This document shows, one piece after another, positions 25,890 to 36,905 of a stretch of 64,000 bases of DNA (positions within the stretch are counted from its first letter, which is position 1; every line of letters begins with the position of its first letter). Under the pieces are notes generated by a model, which had not been told where the DNA came from, made no database searches, and was given only the letters and a program-made list of their open reading frames with translations. This DNA comes from Chrysemys picta bellii (lineage: Eukaryota), in NCBI RefSeq assembly GCF_011386835.1, contig NC_088802.1, positions 48,546,001 to 48,610,000 of the forward strand, given 5' to 3'. The translations under genes and the position numbers were made by a program.

Positions 25890-26010
25890 CTAGCAGACAA
25901 GAAGCTCTTTGGGGCCATTTTTTGTTCTGTGTTTGTACAGAGCTTAGCACAGTGGGGTCCTGGTCTCTGATGAGGGCTCCTAGGCACTAAATTAACACAA
26001 ATAATAATTG
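25890..26010 (+). mobile_element. L2-type 3' tail fragment (SINE or L2)
   Basis: aagctctttgggg...tgtttgtacagagcttagcacagtggggtcctgg...ctcctaggcact...aataataat matches the tails at 45180-45310 and 57530-57655. Confidence 0.65.
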
Positions 26011-27179
26011 GAGACTGGTTGAAATAATGAGTTGGGGGTAAGAAAAGTTAAGCAGATACTGTGAGTAGAAGTCATTTCCGGGAGAAGCAGTGAGAAGAGT
26101 GGAGCAGAGTGTGGGGAGATATAGGTGGGGAGAGGTCGGGAGCGATGATAAAGATGAATGGCAACACTTCAGAAAAGAAGGTGGCCGTTCAGAAACACAG
26201 AGTCAGTTGTACCTACCGTTTGTGAGCTGCTGACGCACCAGGAAAGCATAGCAGTGCTGACGGCAAGTACAAGGGAGTAAGGTGAGATTCGGAGAAAGTA
26301 TTAGAACATGGTAAAAAAAGAGTTTGTAAAGTGTAAGAACCCAAATTCAGCTCTACCATAAATGGGTGCCGTTTTCATATTAGGGAGGAGGTTTGTCACT
26401 GTGAACTCATAATAGCCCGAGCATGTAACTGATGACTCGTATTTCAACGAGATGAAGAAAAACATGTTTTGGAAATTGTTGAGTTTGGCGTTTCCAGCCA
26501 ACAGCTAGTCTTTTATCAGCCTGCAAGTGACCATTTCAACTTGGGCGTCTCTCCGGCTTGTGGGTCAGTGGCAATGATCAGTCTCTGCTACTGGCCAGCT
26601 GTATATATTATAAATGCAATCGCTTGTTTCCAAAGAATTTTGTCAGGATGGTCTGTCCAGGCCAAGGGTAAATCCTACCACAATGCTCTCTATCCTAATA
26701 GATACAAATCTCTCTTTTTTCTGGATACATATTAGAACAACTTGAATATACTGCAATGTATCTTCTCTGCACGGATACTCAATGAGCCAGATTCTGATCT
26801 CACTTGCACCAGTATAAATCTAGAGTGCTGACTTCAGCTAAAATCAAGAATCCCTCCTCTTGCTCCTCAGGAATTTGCAATGAGCAACTTCCATCATCAA
26901 TGCATACCATTTCTGTCATATAGCAGCCCTTTAACTCGTGGGATATTACTGCAAGGATCATTCCCATCTCTGTCCACGTATCGGTATTTTAACATTGCAA
27001 AATAGCTTTCGGCATTTGAAACTCCAGAGTTGATTAGCATTTAGAACTAGGCCATCCGGTGAAGACGAAGCTGCGTGCTCTGGCCCTGACTTGTTACAGC
27101 AATGGAGTCAATTGGGACTGTTCACTTGCTTAAAGATAAACCAGTGGTTTGGTGCTTGGCTGGATCAGAGCCCGAGGGC

Positions 27180-28060
27180 TCAGCAGCTGGCAGCATGACA
27201 TCTGTAGGCATTCCAAAGAAGTGTTAAAGAAGGGTTAGGGCTTTAAGGACAAGGATGAAGCGTCTGACCTTTATGCTGGAAAAGACAGAACCAGAAGGAC
27301 TTGAAGAGATGGGCCTGACGTAGCCAGAGTACAGGTTACTTTCGGGGATGTAGGCTGAATAGATTGGAGAGAAGAAAGGAAGGCCAGAGAAAGAGGAGGT
27401 TATGGCTGTCTAGGTGAGAGGGAGAGACCCACAGTGTACTGTCGCAGTGTTTAGGCAGCTGGAATGGGGAGGTAAGTGAATGCTGTAGAGGGGAAAGCAT
27501 CAGGATTTGGCACGAGCTGGATATGAGGGGAGAAGGGGGCAAATCTCAGAGACAGGGGAGATCGTGAGGTCTCAGTGATGATGGGGAAAGGGGAAGAGGA
27601 AAGATGGGAAGCTCAGGTTTCAGCACGTACAGTTTAAGGAAATGTCAGGACATCCATGAGGAGATATCAAGAAATAGGAAGAGATGTAAGACTGGGCAGA
27701 GCTGAGGGAGGCTAGGAGGGGAGAGGTAGATTTGTGAGTCATGAGCGTAAAAGTGCTAAGAGAGACCATGGAGGAGATGAAGTTTCCTGGGGGTAGGTGA
27801 AAACCAGGGGTTCAAGGGCAGGTCCCCAGAGAAGCAGCGTCAGAGAAAGGAGGGGAATCCACTGAAGGTAACACTCAACAATTTAGGAGGAGAACCAGGA
27901 AAGGAAACCCAAGGAGCAGAGGGCTTTGAGAAGATGAGGGTGTTTGACAATGTCAAAGGCAAGTAGAGCAAGAAGAATAAACATGTGGAAGAGACTTAGA
28001 CTTGACAGAGAAAAGGTCTCTGGTGACTATTGTAAGGGCCAGCTCTGTGGAGCAAAGAGC
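27180..28060 (-). mobile_element. Ancient L2-clade LINE ORF2 (reverse transcriptase) remnant
   Basis: The minus strand at 27724-27752 reads FYAHDSQIYL, a decayed YADDxQIY motif. A GxPQGSVL-like segment lies near 27805-27835. The plus strand is strongly purine-rich, as expected for antisense L2. Confidence 0.75.
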
Positions 28061-28211
28061 AGCTATTTACTTATTAATGATATACAATAAGGAAGCCTTT
28101 ATATTAGGATACAAATGTGACCCTCTACTATTGCTAGGAGCTAACTGAGCTTCCTTAACCTGAAAGAGGATGTTTAAGATGGAAATTATGCTTACCCTCA
28201 TCACCTACCCC

Positions 28212-28822
28212 CATAGGCGGTGAGTTATATAGGCCCATGGTGCCCGTGCTCCACCAATATTCAGGAACGTGAGCCCAGTTCCACCAATGTTTGGGCTTAT
28301 ATTTTTAGAGCCGTCCTGTCCATAGGACAGACTGAGGCAATCACCCCGGGTCCCGCGCTTCAGGGGGACATGGGGTCCAGGACAGCCTGGCGGGTTAGCG
28401 GGAAGCCTGGCGCCAGCAGCAGCGAGTGACCCGGCCCCAGCCCTCCCCGCCCCGCCCCGCTCCCACTCCACCTCTTACCCCGACCCCATCCCGCCTCTTC
28501 CTGCCCCTGCTCTACCCCCACCCCACCTCTTCCTGCCCCTCTCCACCCCGGCTCCACTCCACTTCTCCGGCCTCTTTCCAGCTTTCACCCCCTCCCCCAA
28601 GCAACGCTGGGTACCGCCGGGGCGGAGCGGGGCGGTTTGGGGCCGGGTCACTCACTGCTGCCAGCACCAGGCCCCCAGCGAAATCCCCAGGCCACCCTGG
28701 AGCCCACGTCCCGCTGAAGCGCAGGGCCCAGGGTGGTTGCCCTGGTCCATCCTATGGACAGGATGGCTCTGCTTGGACTCGTTCTGGGCACCACCAAAAA
28801 TTATACGAACCTGGCGCCCAGG
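28212..28822. mobile_element. hAT-type fold-back MITE with long internal inverted arms
   Basis: Ends cataggcgg / ggcgcccagg. 8-bp TSD cctacccc/actacccc (7/8). Arms 28307-28460 and 28617-28770 are imperfect reverse complements. Confidence 0.8.
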
Positions 28823-30394
28823 ACTACCCCATCAGCCCAACCATTATTCCCCTCTTGCCCCTTTACATGGCAGCATAGTCCTATTCCCGACACCAACTGA
28901 TGCTCAAGACTAATCCGTTAATATTAAAAAATGTGGATGATGTGCAATTAATTCCACATGGTGGCTGTGTCCTGTGCCAAAACTGTTTGGCTTGTTCATC
29001 ACAAATGAGAGCCCGGACACATAAATCTATTTTCCCTGTTGCACAACAGAACATCTAACTTCTCCCCCCATCCCCTGGTATTTTACAGTGCAATGGGTTG
29101 TTTTTATTTGTGCTGTCTCCTCAGTTGTACTTGCTGCCATATGGACTCAGACTCTACTTACATTTCCATAAAGCATCACTCACCCCTTACTCCCATTGAC
29201 CTACGGTTACAAGCCTCACCCAAAGCCACAGAAGTCAATGGGCGTCTTTCCATTGACTTCGGAACAAGCCATGTATTCTTTGACTGCTCTCCTCTTTCAC
29301 ATGAGCCATCCCATTGACTTCAGTAGCACGACTCTCCTGGAAGCAATGAGCAGGAACTTCAGCAGACGCCAAGTACAGTGGCAGGGCTTCAAGAGTTGCT
29401 AATAGTATATGACTTTTCACTTTAGCCAGACCCATCACTCTTCCCCACCATATTGATAGGAAATAGTTCTCCAAATGTACAAGAAATTTAACGGTGACCA
29501 CTGGATTCTGAAGAGGGTATAAGGAGTGACCACTGTATTGGGAAAGGTCAGTCAATCTGGACCTATTCTACCACTACCTTCCTCCACTTTTATTCCGTTT
29601 GTTTTACTCCATTGATTTCACTTATTGAAATCAATGCAGTCACATCAGCACATGTAAAGCGGCGTGGAAACAGGCCCACCGTTCTGAAACTTTACAGATG
29701 TCTGCTAGCATTACATGGGAGAAGTATTATTCTATCAACCAACATCTATTTTGTTGGGGTTTTTTAATGTGGAAAATGTCAGTGGCACTTCACTCTATTT
29801 GTCTTTTTTTCTTCTTTAGTCATATGATAGTGTGCACTTAAAACCAGTGAATCATCAAAAAAAAAAGTCATGAAGAGAAAAATAGCTCATATGTATGCCT
29901 CTGTGGTCAATGAAATCACTGACAACAGGTATAATGGGAATAATTATATATTGCTGTGAAACTTTACCCAGAGCCCAGCTCTGGAGGCCAGTTTCAGAAT
30001 TGTTCAGCAGTGGATTCCAAGTTTGTAAGTGCCAGGTTAGGAAGATTTCAGATTTGTGTTATTGCAGTGAAATATCCTTCCCTAGTGCCCGTTACGTGCT
30101 GACACATTGTTATATTTAACCGAGCAATAATAACTAATAGTCTAATCATACAATGATTTCCGTGGGTTTTTTAATTGACTTTTAAGTCGGGAAATATCTT
30201 GTCAATAGAAACTTGAATATCCAGCTTTTGGAGAATCTGACATTATTGTGTAACTGATCTTTTTAAGTATTAATATTTATTATTTGATTTATATTTTTAT
30301 AATATTTAGAGTCTGATTCTGAAAGCCCTTATTCACATGAGTAGTTCTTTACTCACTTCACTAATAACACTGAAGTTTCAGAGACTACTTTCTG

Positions 30395-30640
30395 GGAGAA
30401 GGAGGATGGCCCAGTGGTTACAGCACTACCGTTGGACTTGGGAGATCTGGATTCTCTGCTGTGCCACAATCTTCTTGTGAGACTTTGGGCAAGTCACTTA
30501 GCCTCTCTGTTCCTCCTCTGTAAAATGGGGATAATAGAACATTCTAACTAACACGGGTGTTGTGAGGATAAATACATTGAAGATTGTGAGGCTCAGATAC
30601 TACAGTGATGTGGGGCATGGAAGTATCTTACATAGACAGT
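30395..30640 (+). mobile_element. tRNA-head CORE-SINE (MIR-like, reptile type)
   Basis: Head ggatggcccagtggttacagcact, CORE gggcaagtcacttagcctctctg...ctgtaaaatggggataata, tail gtgttgtgaggataaatac...cagatactacagtgatg. Confidence 0.8.
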
Positions 30641-30797
30641 GAGAGTTTACAGGATCAGGCCCTACAACTTTTTGATTTTCACACCTGTTTCTCCTTTACG
30701 TCTCCACTTTTCATTCACACACTCATAGTAACACAAGCCACAATTTAAAATGATTAGCAACTGGCATGTTACTGATTCAATGCAATATGACTTAGAG

Positions 30798-30990
30798 GGG
30801 GAGGGATAGCTCAGGGGTTTGAGCATTGATCTGCTAAACCTAGCGTTGTGAGTTCAATCCTTGAGGGGGGCCACTTCGGGATCTAGGGCAAAATCAGTAT
30901 TTGGTCCTGCTAGTGAAGGCAGGAGGCTGGACTCAATGACCTTTCAGGGTCCCTTCCAGCTCTATGAGATAGGTATATCTCCATATATTA
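30798..30990 (+). mobile_element. Tortoise Pol III/SINE-like element (tRNA head and CR1 tail)
   Basis: GGGAGGGATAGCTCAG (A box) and GTGAGTTCAATCC (B box), followed by a CR1-like tail ggactcaatgacctttcagggtcccttccagctctatgag. Confidence 0.9.
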
Positions 30991-31021
30991 TTTTATTTAA
31001 GATCAGAAGTCAGATTCTTTG

Positions 31022-31290
31022 TTGCCTATGTGAAATAAATTGGCCTCAATCCAGTTTAGTGGCGAGGATTCTATGTAAAAAAAAAACCACCCTCGCCGAT
31101 GGCACTATTATTGGCAGTCTCCATGGAGAGGCTAAGGGCTTAATGGGCATTAATTAACCTCTCAATCTGAAGATTTCCAAACAAAGCTGAGGCAGTGCAG
31201 TGGAGCACCATACCCTGTGGCTGCCTGTTATACAGACAACGAGAGGATTCTAGTGTCCGGTGCTGTCAGCCCTCAGGCCTTCTGTGAATA
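31022..31290 (+). mobile_element. LF-SINE-like ancient SINE relic
   Basis: cctatgtgaaataaattggcctcaatccagtttagtgg...aaaaccacc...ttggcagtctccatggagaggctaagggcttaatgggc and the 3' gaggattctagtgtccggtgctgtcagcc are colinear with the LF-SINE consensus as recalled. Not verified by alignment. Confidence 0.6.
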
Positions 31291-32336
31291 TTCCAAAACA
31301 AAGACTAAAAATAAAATGAATATACAAAGTCCTCCAGGGTGTGAATCTAAACCCCCAAAACAATGCAGCTCTGAGAAATTAAAAAGCAAATCTATCCGCC
31401 GTGGTGAGTACAGCTGTGAATCCACAAGGCTTTGCTGTCACTGTACTGTACCGTGACGGGGCACTGTTAGTAGTGGCACCCTGGTCACTGCTGCTGCTGC
31501 AGCACTGGGAAGAGTGCGGGTTTAACTGAAGGCAAGTAATCAGTTTCCGTTGGGGGTTACTGACACTGGGGTGGCAACTGCTGGGCTAATGAGGCAATTG
31601 GCTGGCATTGGGAGGATCTGAGTGGGAGGAACAGGAAGCAGGGGAGCTCAGAGGGTGAGCCTGGGCTGAGGAGAGAAGGCAATACTTCCAGAGTATAACC
31701 CAGCCATACATTTTGTTATACAATGTCAGTGAAGAATAAATACACATGTGATGAAAGGGTAACAAGCTGCTGTGTGTTTGTGATTAAGAGATCAAGAAAC
31801 AGGGCAGCACACTGGGTAGCCACGAAGCTGCCCTGTGATACATACCTTTATATTTCTAAGGACTCTCCCTGTGGCCAAAGACAGCAGCTATTCCATTCTA
31901 AGAGTTGCCGCGGCCTGTTACAGAGGACAGACACACACTGTGTTCTCTCTTGGAAAATGTACCTGCGTGCTTTCCCTTAATTTAAAATAAAAGCCCTTTT
32001 AGACTAAAAGGGCATAGAGACTCTTTATGTATCAAAAAACACAAAACACAATTCAGATGAAACACACCGACAACATGAGACCCACCCATCCGCCGCGTCC
32101 CGTTCCCCTCTCCCCCAGCACAGCAACATAAATTCACCAACACTGGTCTTGATCCTATGAAACACTAAGTGCCCTCAACTCCCATTGACATGGACTGAGG
32201 TAGTTCATCACAATGCAGTTCTAAGCAACGAGATATATTTCTGAGAAGATCATTTATGTCCAGAATGATTACAGCAGTTAGGTAAGTTCCTGCCAATGCT
32301 AGGAACAACCAAACGTTCAGCCTACAGTAAAGAAAA

Positions 32337-32864
32337 CCTGGTGAGGCATCAGCTCTTGTACCATGTCCAGGTTAGGGCATCACACTTTAAGAAAGTGGGA
32401 ACAAACTGGAGAGAGTCCAGAGGAGAGCAACAAAAAGTGTGAAGAGGTTTAGAAAACCTGACTTTTGAGGAAAGGCTGAAAGAACTGGACATATTCAGTT
32501 TAGAGAAGAGAAGACTCACAGGGGGGGCCTGATAACAGTCTTCAAATATGTAAAAGGTTGTTATAGAGAGGATGCTGATCAATTGTTCTCCAGGTCCACT
32601 GAGGGTAGGACAAGAAGTAACTGACTTAGTTTGCAGCAACGGAGATTCGCGTTAGCTATTAGGAAAATCTTTCTAACCATAAGGCTAGTTAAGCTCTGCG
32701 ACAGGTTAGCTAAGGAGGATGTGGAATTCCCATCTTTGGTTGTTTTTAAGAACAGGGTAAGCAAACAACTATGAGGAATGATCTAGGCACATTTAATCTT
32801 GCTTCAGCACAGGGGGATGGACTTGACCTTCTCAGATCCCTTTCAGTCCAACGTTTCTATGATT
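32337..32864 (+). mobile_element. Older CR1 LINE 3' fragment
   Basis: Decayed ORF2 end (ctggagagagtccagaggagagcaaca, ttcagtttagagaagagaagact, gacaagaagtaac) and terminal tttctatgatt. Confidence 0.85.
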
Positions 32865-33299
32865 TACTTGAGAAAGCTACTGAAAATGTCCCTTTAAGGG
32901 GACATGAGGTGCTGCTGTAGTGTTTCTGGGAAATGTGAGACATTATATGATCTTAATTTATTCCAGAGTTTCCCTTTACTCTTTAACAATACAGTTCAGT
33001 CTCTACTGCCTAATGGCTTGTGGTCAGCTGAACGTATCCAACATTTCTGTGCCAGCTTAAAAAATAAACAAAGCTGCATCTACTGAATGGTACAGTCAGA
33101 GGGGTTTGTACTACTCCCTTCCCAAAACCTGCACCGTAACTTACAAGTCCTGCTTCAATAGGGTTTGCGTAAGAGTAGCAAATCTGTAAAACCCTCTGGT
33201 AAAAGGCAATATGACTTGGATATTTCATTCAGGTGTGAACACTGCGGATTAGGGGACACAAATGCTGGGGAAATTTTCAAACTAAAATGATTATTTCAG

Positions 33300-33795
33300 T
33301 CGTGAATAGAGGGCATATCTACGACATGCTTTAAGGGCTCCATTGTGCTAGGAGATGCACATACACCTAGGGCTTATCTTCACTGCAGAGTTAACTCGAG
33401 TGTTGTACCTAACTCAAGTCCCACCCGCCCACAAAGATCTCTAACTCAAGTGTGACGGTACCTCTATCTCAAGCTGCCTAGCCCGTGGGCGGGTACAGGC
33501 TACAGCCTGAGTTAGGTTGTGCTAGCTGCTGACAAGCTATGCTATCTGTGCAGGTCAGGTATTCCTTCACAGCATGGGACTAGGTTAACTCAGGGGCAGT
33601 AACTCTGCAGTGAAAACATACCCACAATAAGAGAGAGTCCCGGCCCTAAAGATCTTACACTCTTAAAACACAGAGGTCAGGAGGGGAAACAGAGCCACAG
33701 AGACGTGGAAGTGACTTACCCCAGGTCAAATAGCAGCTCAATGGCAGAGTTGGGCATAGAACCCATGTCTCCTAGTCCCAGTCCAGGGATCTGTC
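33300..33795 (-). mobile_element. CORE-SINE with L2 tail, interrupted by a MITE
   Basis: Reverse tail gggctccattgtgctaggagatgcac lies left of the insertion. gagtcccggccctaaagatcttacac and CORE gaagtgacttaccccaggtc lie right of it. Confidence 0.6.
33370..33623. mobile_element. GTCTACACT-type (Harbinger-like) MITE
   Basis: TIR of about 24 bp, gggcttatcttcactgcagagtta / taactctgcagtgaaaacataccc. Internal taactc(a/g)ag repeats. Confidence 0.8.
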
Positions 33796-34034
33796 CACTG
33801 GAAGCTGCCTCCCAAACAGTTTAAATTGATCTAAAGGTAAATTGAACTGGAACTTCCCAGGTCTGCAAAATTCCCCCCAGTGAAGAAGCTTGCTTGACAT
33901 CTCCCTCCTAGGTGGCCATGCTCATGGACTTCAGCTAAACTCCATCCCAGGAAGGAAAAGCCCTTGCAAGGCAAAGGAAAGTGGGGGGGGGAAGGGAGCA
34001 CTTGCAACGAGACCTGTTTGGCCTTCTATTAGGC

Positions 34035-34345
34035 CAGGAGTCAGCAACCTTTCAGAAGTGCTGTGCCGAGTCTTCATTTATTCACTCTAATTTAAGGTTT
34101 TGTGTGCCAGTAATACATTTTAATGTTTTTAGAAGGTCTCTTTCTATAAGTCTGTAATATATAACTAAACTATTGTTGTATGTAAAGTAAATAAGGTTTT
34201 TAAAATGTTTAAGAAGCTTCATTTAAAATTAAATTAAAATGCAGAGCCCCCCGGACCGGTGGCCAGGACCTGGGCAGTGTGGGTGCCACTGAAAATCAGC
34301 TCGCGTGCCGCCTTCGGCATGTGTGCCATAGGTCGCCTACCCCTC
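34035..34345 (+). mobile_element. hAT-Charlie-like MITE
   Basis: Ends caggagtcagcaacct / ggtcgcctacccctc. Perfect TSD TATTAGGC (34027-34034, 34346-34353). Colinear with 43280-43584. Confidence 0.92.
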
Positions 34346-34621
34346 TATTAGGCACACAAACATTTTTCTCTTTCCCTCATTGGTGTCAGCTCTCAAGCAA
34401 AATGAAGCTTTAAAAAAAAGCTTTAGGGCCAGGTCCTCAGTTGGTGCAAATTGGCCTAGCTTCACTGACATCAATGAAGCCAGGCTGAGGTAAATCAGCG
34501 GAGACTCTGGCACTTTATGTGCTCCTATCGGTCTCTCTACCTCCGTTATATCCTTTCTTTCCCCCTCCACCTCAAGTCCCGTTCATTCTTTCAGGTGCCT
34601 TCAAAATTTAATGTCTTCCAT

Positions 34622-34818
34622 TGTTGTATGCAGTGTAGCTGTAGCCATGTGGGTCCCCAGATATTAAAGAGATAAGGTAGGTGAGGTAATATCTTTTATT
34701 GGACCAACTTCGGGGTGTGGGGGGACAAAGAAAGAGAAACGGAGATGGTTCAAAAGCTTGTCTCTCTCCCCAACAGAAGTTGGGCCAATAAAAGATATTA
34801 CCTCACCTACCCTGTCTG
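34622..34818. mobile_element. Penelope-like retroelement terminal fragment, inverted (fold-back) arrangement
   Basis: 36-bp inverted arms 34676-34711 and 34776-34811 (35/36 match). Sequence ...gtgaggtaatatcttttattggaccaacttc and aagcttgtctctctc resemble reptile Penelope pseudo-LTR ends. Confidence 0.6.
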
Positions 34819-34984
34819 TGGAGACCACCGCAGTCATGTACATGGAAATATAATCAGTTATTCCGTACATGGAAGCGTGGCTCTGAGGATCAGTATATTA
34901 CAGACAAACTCCATGGAAATCTGGAGGCATGAATCAATTTGAGCCATGACGACAGGTGCCAGGATATGGAATGGAGCCTGTGAG

Positions 34985-35193
34985 CAGGGCCGGCTCCATT
35001 CCAGGTGCTTGGGGCGGCCGCTCCGGAGAGGGGCGGCACGTCCAGGTATTCGGCGGCAATTCGGCGGACGGTCCCTCACTCCCGCTGGGAGCAAAGGACC
35101 TCCCGCCGAATTGCCGCTGCGGATCGCGATCCCGCCTTTTTTTTTTTTTTTTTTTGGCTGCTTGGGGCGGCCAAAACCCTGGAGCCGGCCCTG
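34985..35193. mobile_element. hAT-Tip100-like MITE
   Basis: Perfect 14-bp TIR CAGGGCCGGCTCCA / TGGAGCCGGCCCTG and perfect TSD CCTGTGAG. CpG-rich, so probably young. Confidence 0.95.
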
Positions 35194-36469
35194 CCTGTGA
35201 GGCAGGCACAGTGGAGCCAGAATGGAAACCATTCTTCTAAGCAGGGCCTAGGATAGCCAGCTCAAAATGTCAGCTGCTCATGTGCCATGCCAAGCCACTC
35301 TTGATGCATACATCAGTAAGTCTTCTCACTTGGCATCAGCACCTCTCTACTGAACACTCCTTCACTCTCTAAGGCCTATGTGGATTAATCTGTATTTGTC
35401 ATGATTCGTGATGAAAGACAGTCATTGCTCAGCCCGAAACTGGCACTTCAAGGATACAGATTCTAATGAATCTGCCTGCACTAACCCTCTTCCTTTGCCC
35501 TGCTTCCTGTGTTAAATACCATCCGCCAGCTGGAATATCTGGTTCTCCAAAACCATCTTCTAATTTAATTTCGGCAAACTTGACAGTAACCATTTAAAGC
35601 TGGCTTGTGGTTGCGTATTTTCAAGGAGAAACCGCTGTGAGAGACCTTGAAAAGTTTCCATTTGTTACTTTATTGCTTCTTGGTCCTTTCGTGCCTTCTT
35701 TACTGGCTGCTTTACCATTCAGCTCACCCCGCCATCTCCATGCTAAATTCAATGGGTCCCTCTTCATCCTGAGTCGCTCTCTGACTTAATGGTGCTAATA
35801 TGAAAGGCAGAACATCACTGAGTGTTACATTCAAAACAAAACTGCTTGGTCCTGCCCATAAAAAATATTTTGAGTGGAAATGTACCACTAAAGCATTTCC
35901 CCCTTTCTTTTTTACACAATAATCTCAGAGTAAAAGTGCATTGCTTTTTCCCAGAAAAGACAAGACGCTTTACTACAGCTCTCTTCTGCAGTACTTTGTG
36001 GAGTGGTTTCTGAAATCTGTTATAGCAAAGGCACAGAACTGATCTATAGTACCATCAAAGAAACCTCCTCCAGCCAGTCTGTCATTTGGGGGTCTGGCTT
36101 CCTATCCAGAAAGCCTGTCTGCCGCTCTTAAACGAAGCAGGGTTTAAAAAAAAAATCACCATTTAATGTCTTAAAATATATTTTTAACATATTCTCCCCT
36201 ATGTCAGACAGACTGGGCTGTAGGCCAGCTTTGACTGTAATGGAATCTTCCCCCCACCCCCTATGAAAGGCAGAGGTTAACTAGTTTTTAGTCCTCTGGT
36301 ATCGCTTTCACATGTGTTCAGCATATATTGTTTCTTTGGTTTCACTCCTGTATTCTGCAGCTTACTACATAATGATATCAATGCTTTGTGCTTCTGCAGC
36401 ACCATTCACCCCACAATTCCCAAGCTCTTGACAAACAATTGATTAAGCTGCACAGCACCCCATGAGGTA

Positions 36470-36650
36470 GTTGCGGCTGCCCTCTGAGAGGGATCCACCA
36501 CAGCCCTCCAATTACACACCCAACTCACAGCTGGAGAGCAAACGCCCTCAGTCAGAGAGGGATGCATTAGCCTCAACAGTTGCTTCCCCCAACCTACCAA
36601 CTGAGTCTTATCTGGACTGAACTTCAGCCAGCTAGCTCTCATCCATGCCC
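36470..36650 (-). mobile_element. L2-clade LINE ORF2 remnant
   Basis: The minus ORF reads MRASWLKFSPDKTQ...VCNWRAVVDPS, a decayed form of the WMxxNxLKLNPDKTE...VRNLGVxxD motif. Confidence 0.7.
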
Positions 36651-36664
36651 AATCTCCCCCAAAC

Positions 36665-36905
36665 AGAAAAGAAGGATGGTCTAGTGGTCAGTGCACTAGA
36701 ACGTGGAAAAGCTGAGTTCAAGAATCTGCTCCACCACAGACTTCCTGTGTGACCGTGGGCAATGCTCTGAGTCTCTCTGTGCCCCAGTTTGCCATCTCCA
36801 AAATGGGGGTAAAAGCTCTGCCCTGTCCCACAGGAGTGCTGTGAGAGTAAATGCATCAAAGATTGTGAGGCGCTCCGACACTGAGGTAACAGGGGCCACA
36901 CACGT
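36665..36905 (+). mobile_element. tRNA-head CORE-SINE (MIR-like)
   Basis: ggatggtctagtggtcagtgcact head, cttcctgtgtgaccgtgggcaa...ctctgtgccccagtttgccatctccaaaatgggg CORE, tail like 30395-30640. Confidence 0.78.

Noticed and set aside
26427-26460. Hammerhead-like CTGATGA followed by a CTCG/CGAG stem
   Set aside because: The stem is followed by ATGAAG rather than GAAA, so the core geometry is wrong.
30798-30870. tRNA gene
   Set aside because: This is the tRNA-derived head of a SINE that continues into a CR1 tail; no complete cloverleaf. The same applies to 57770-57836.
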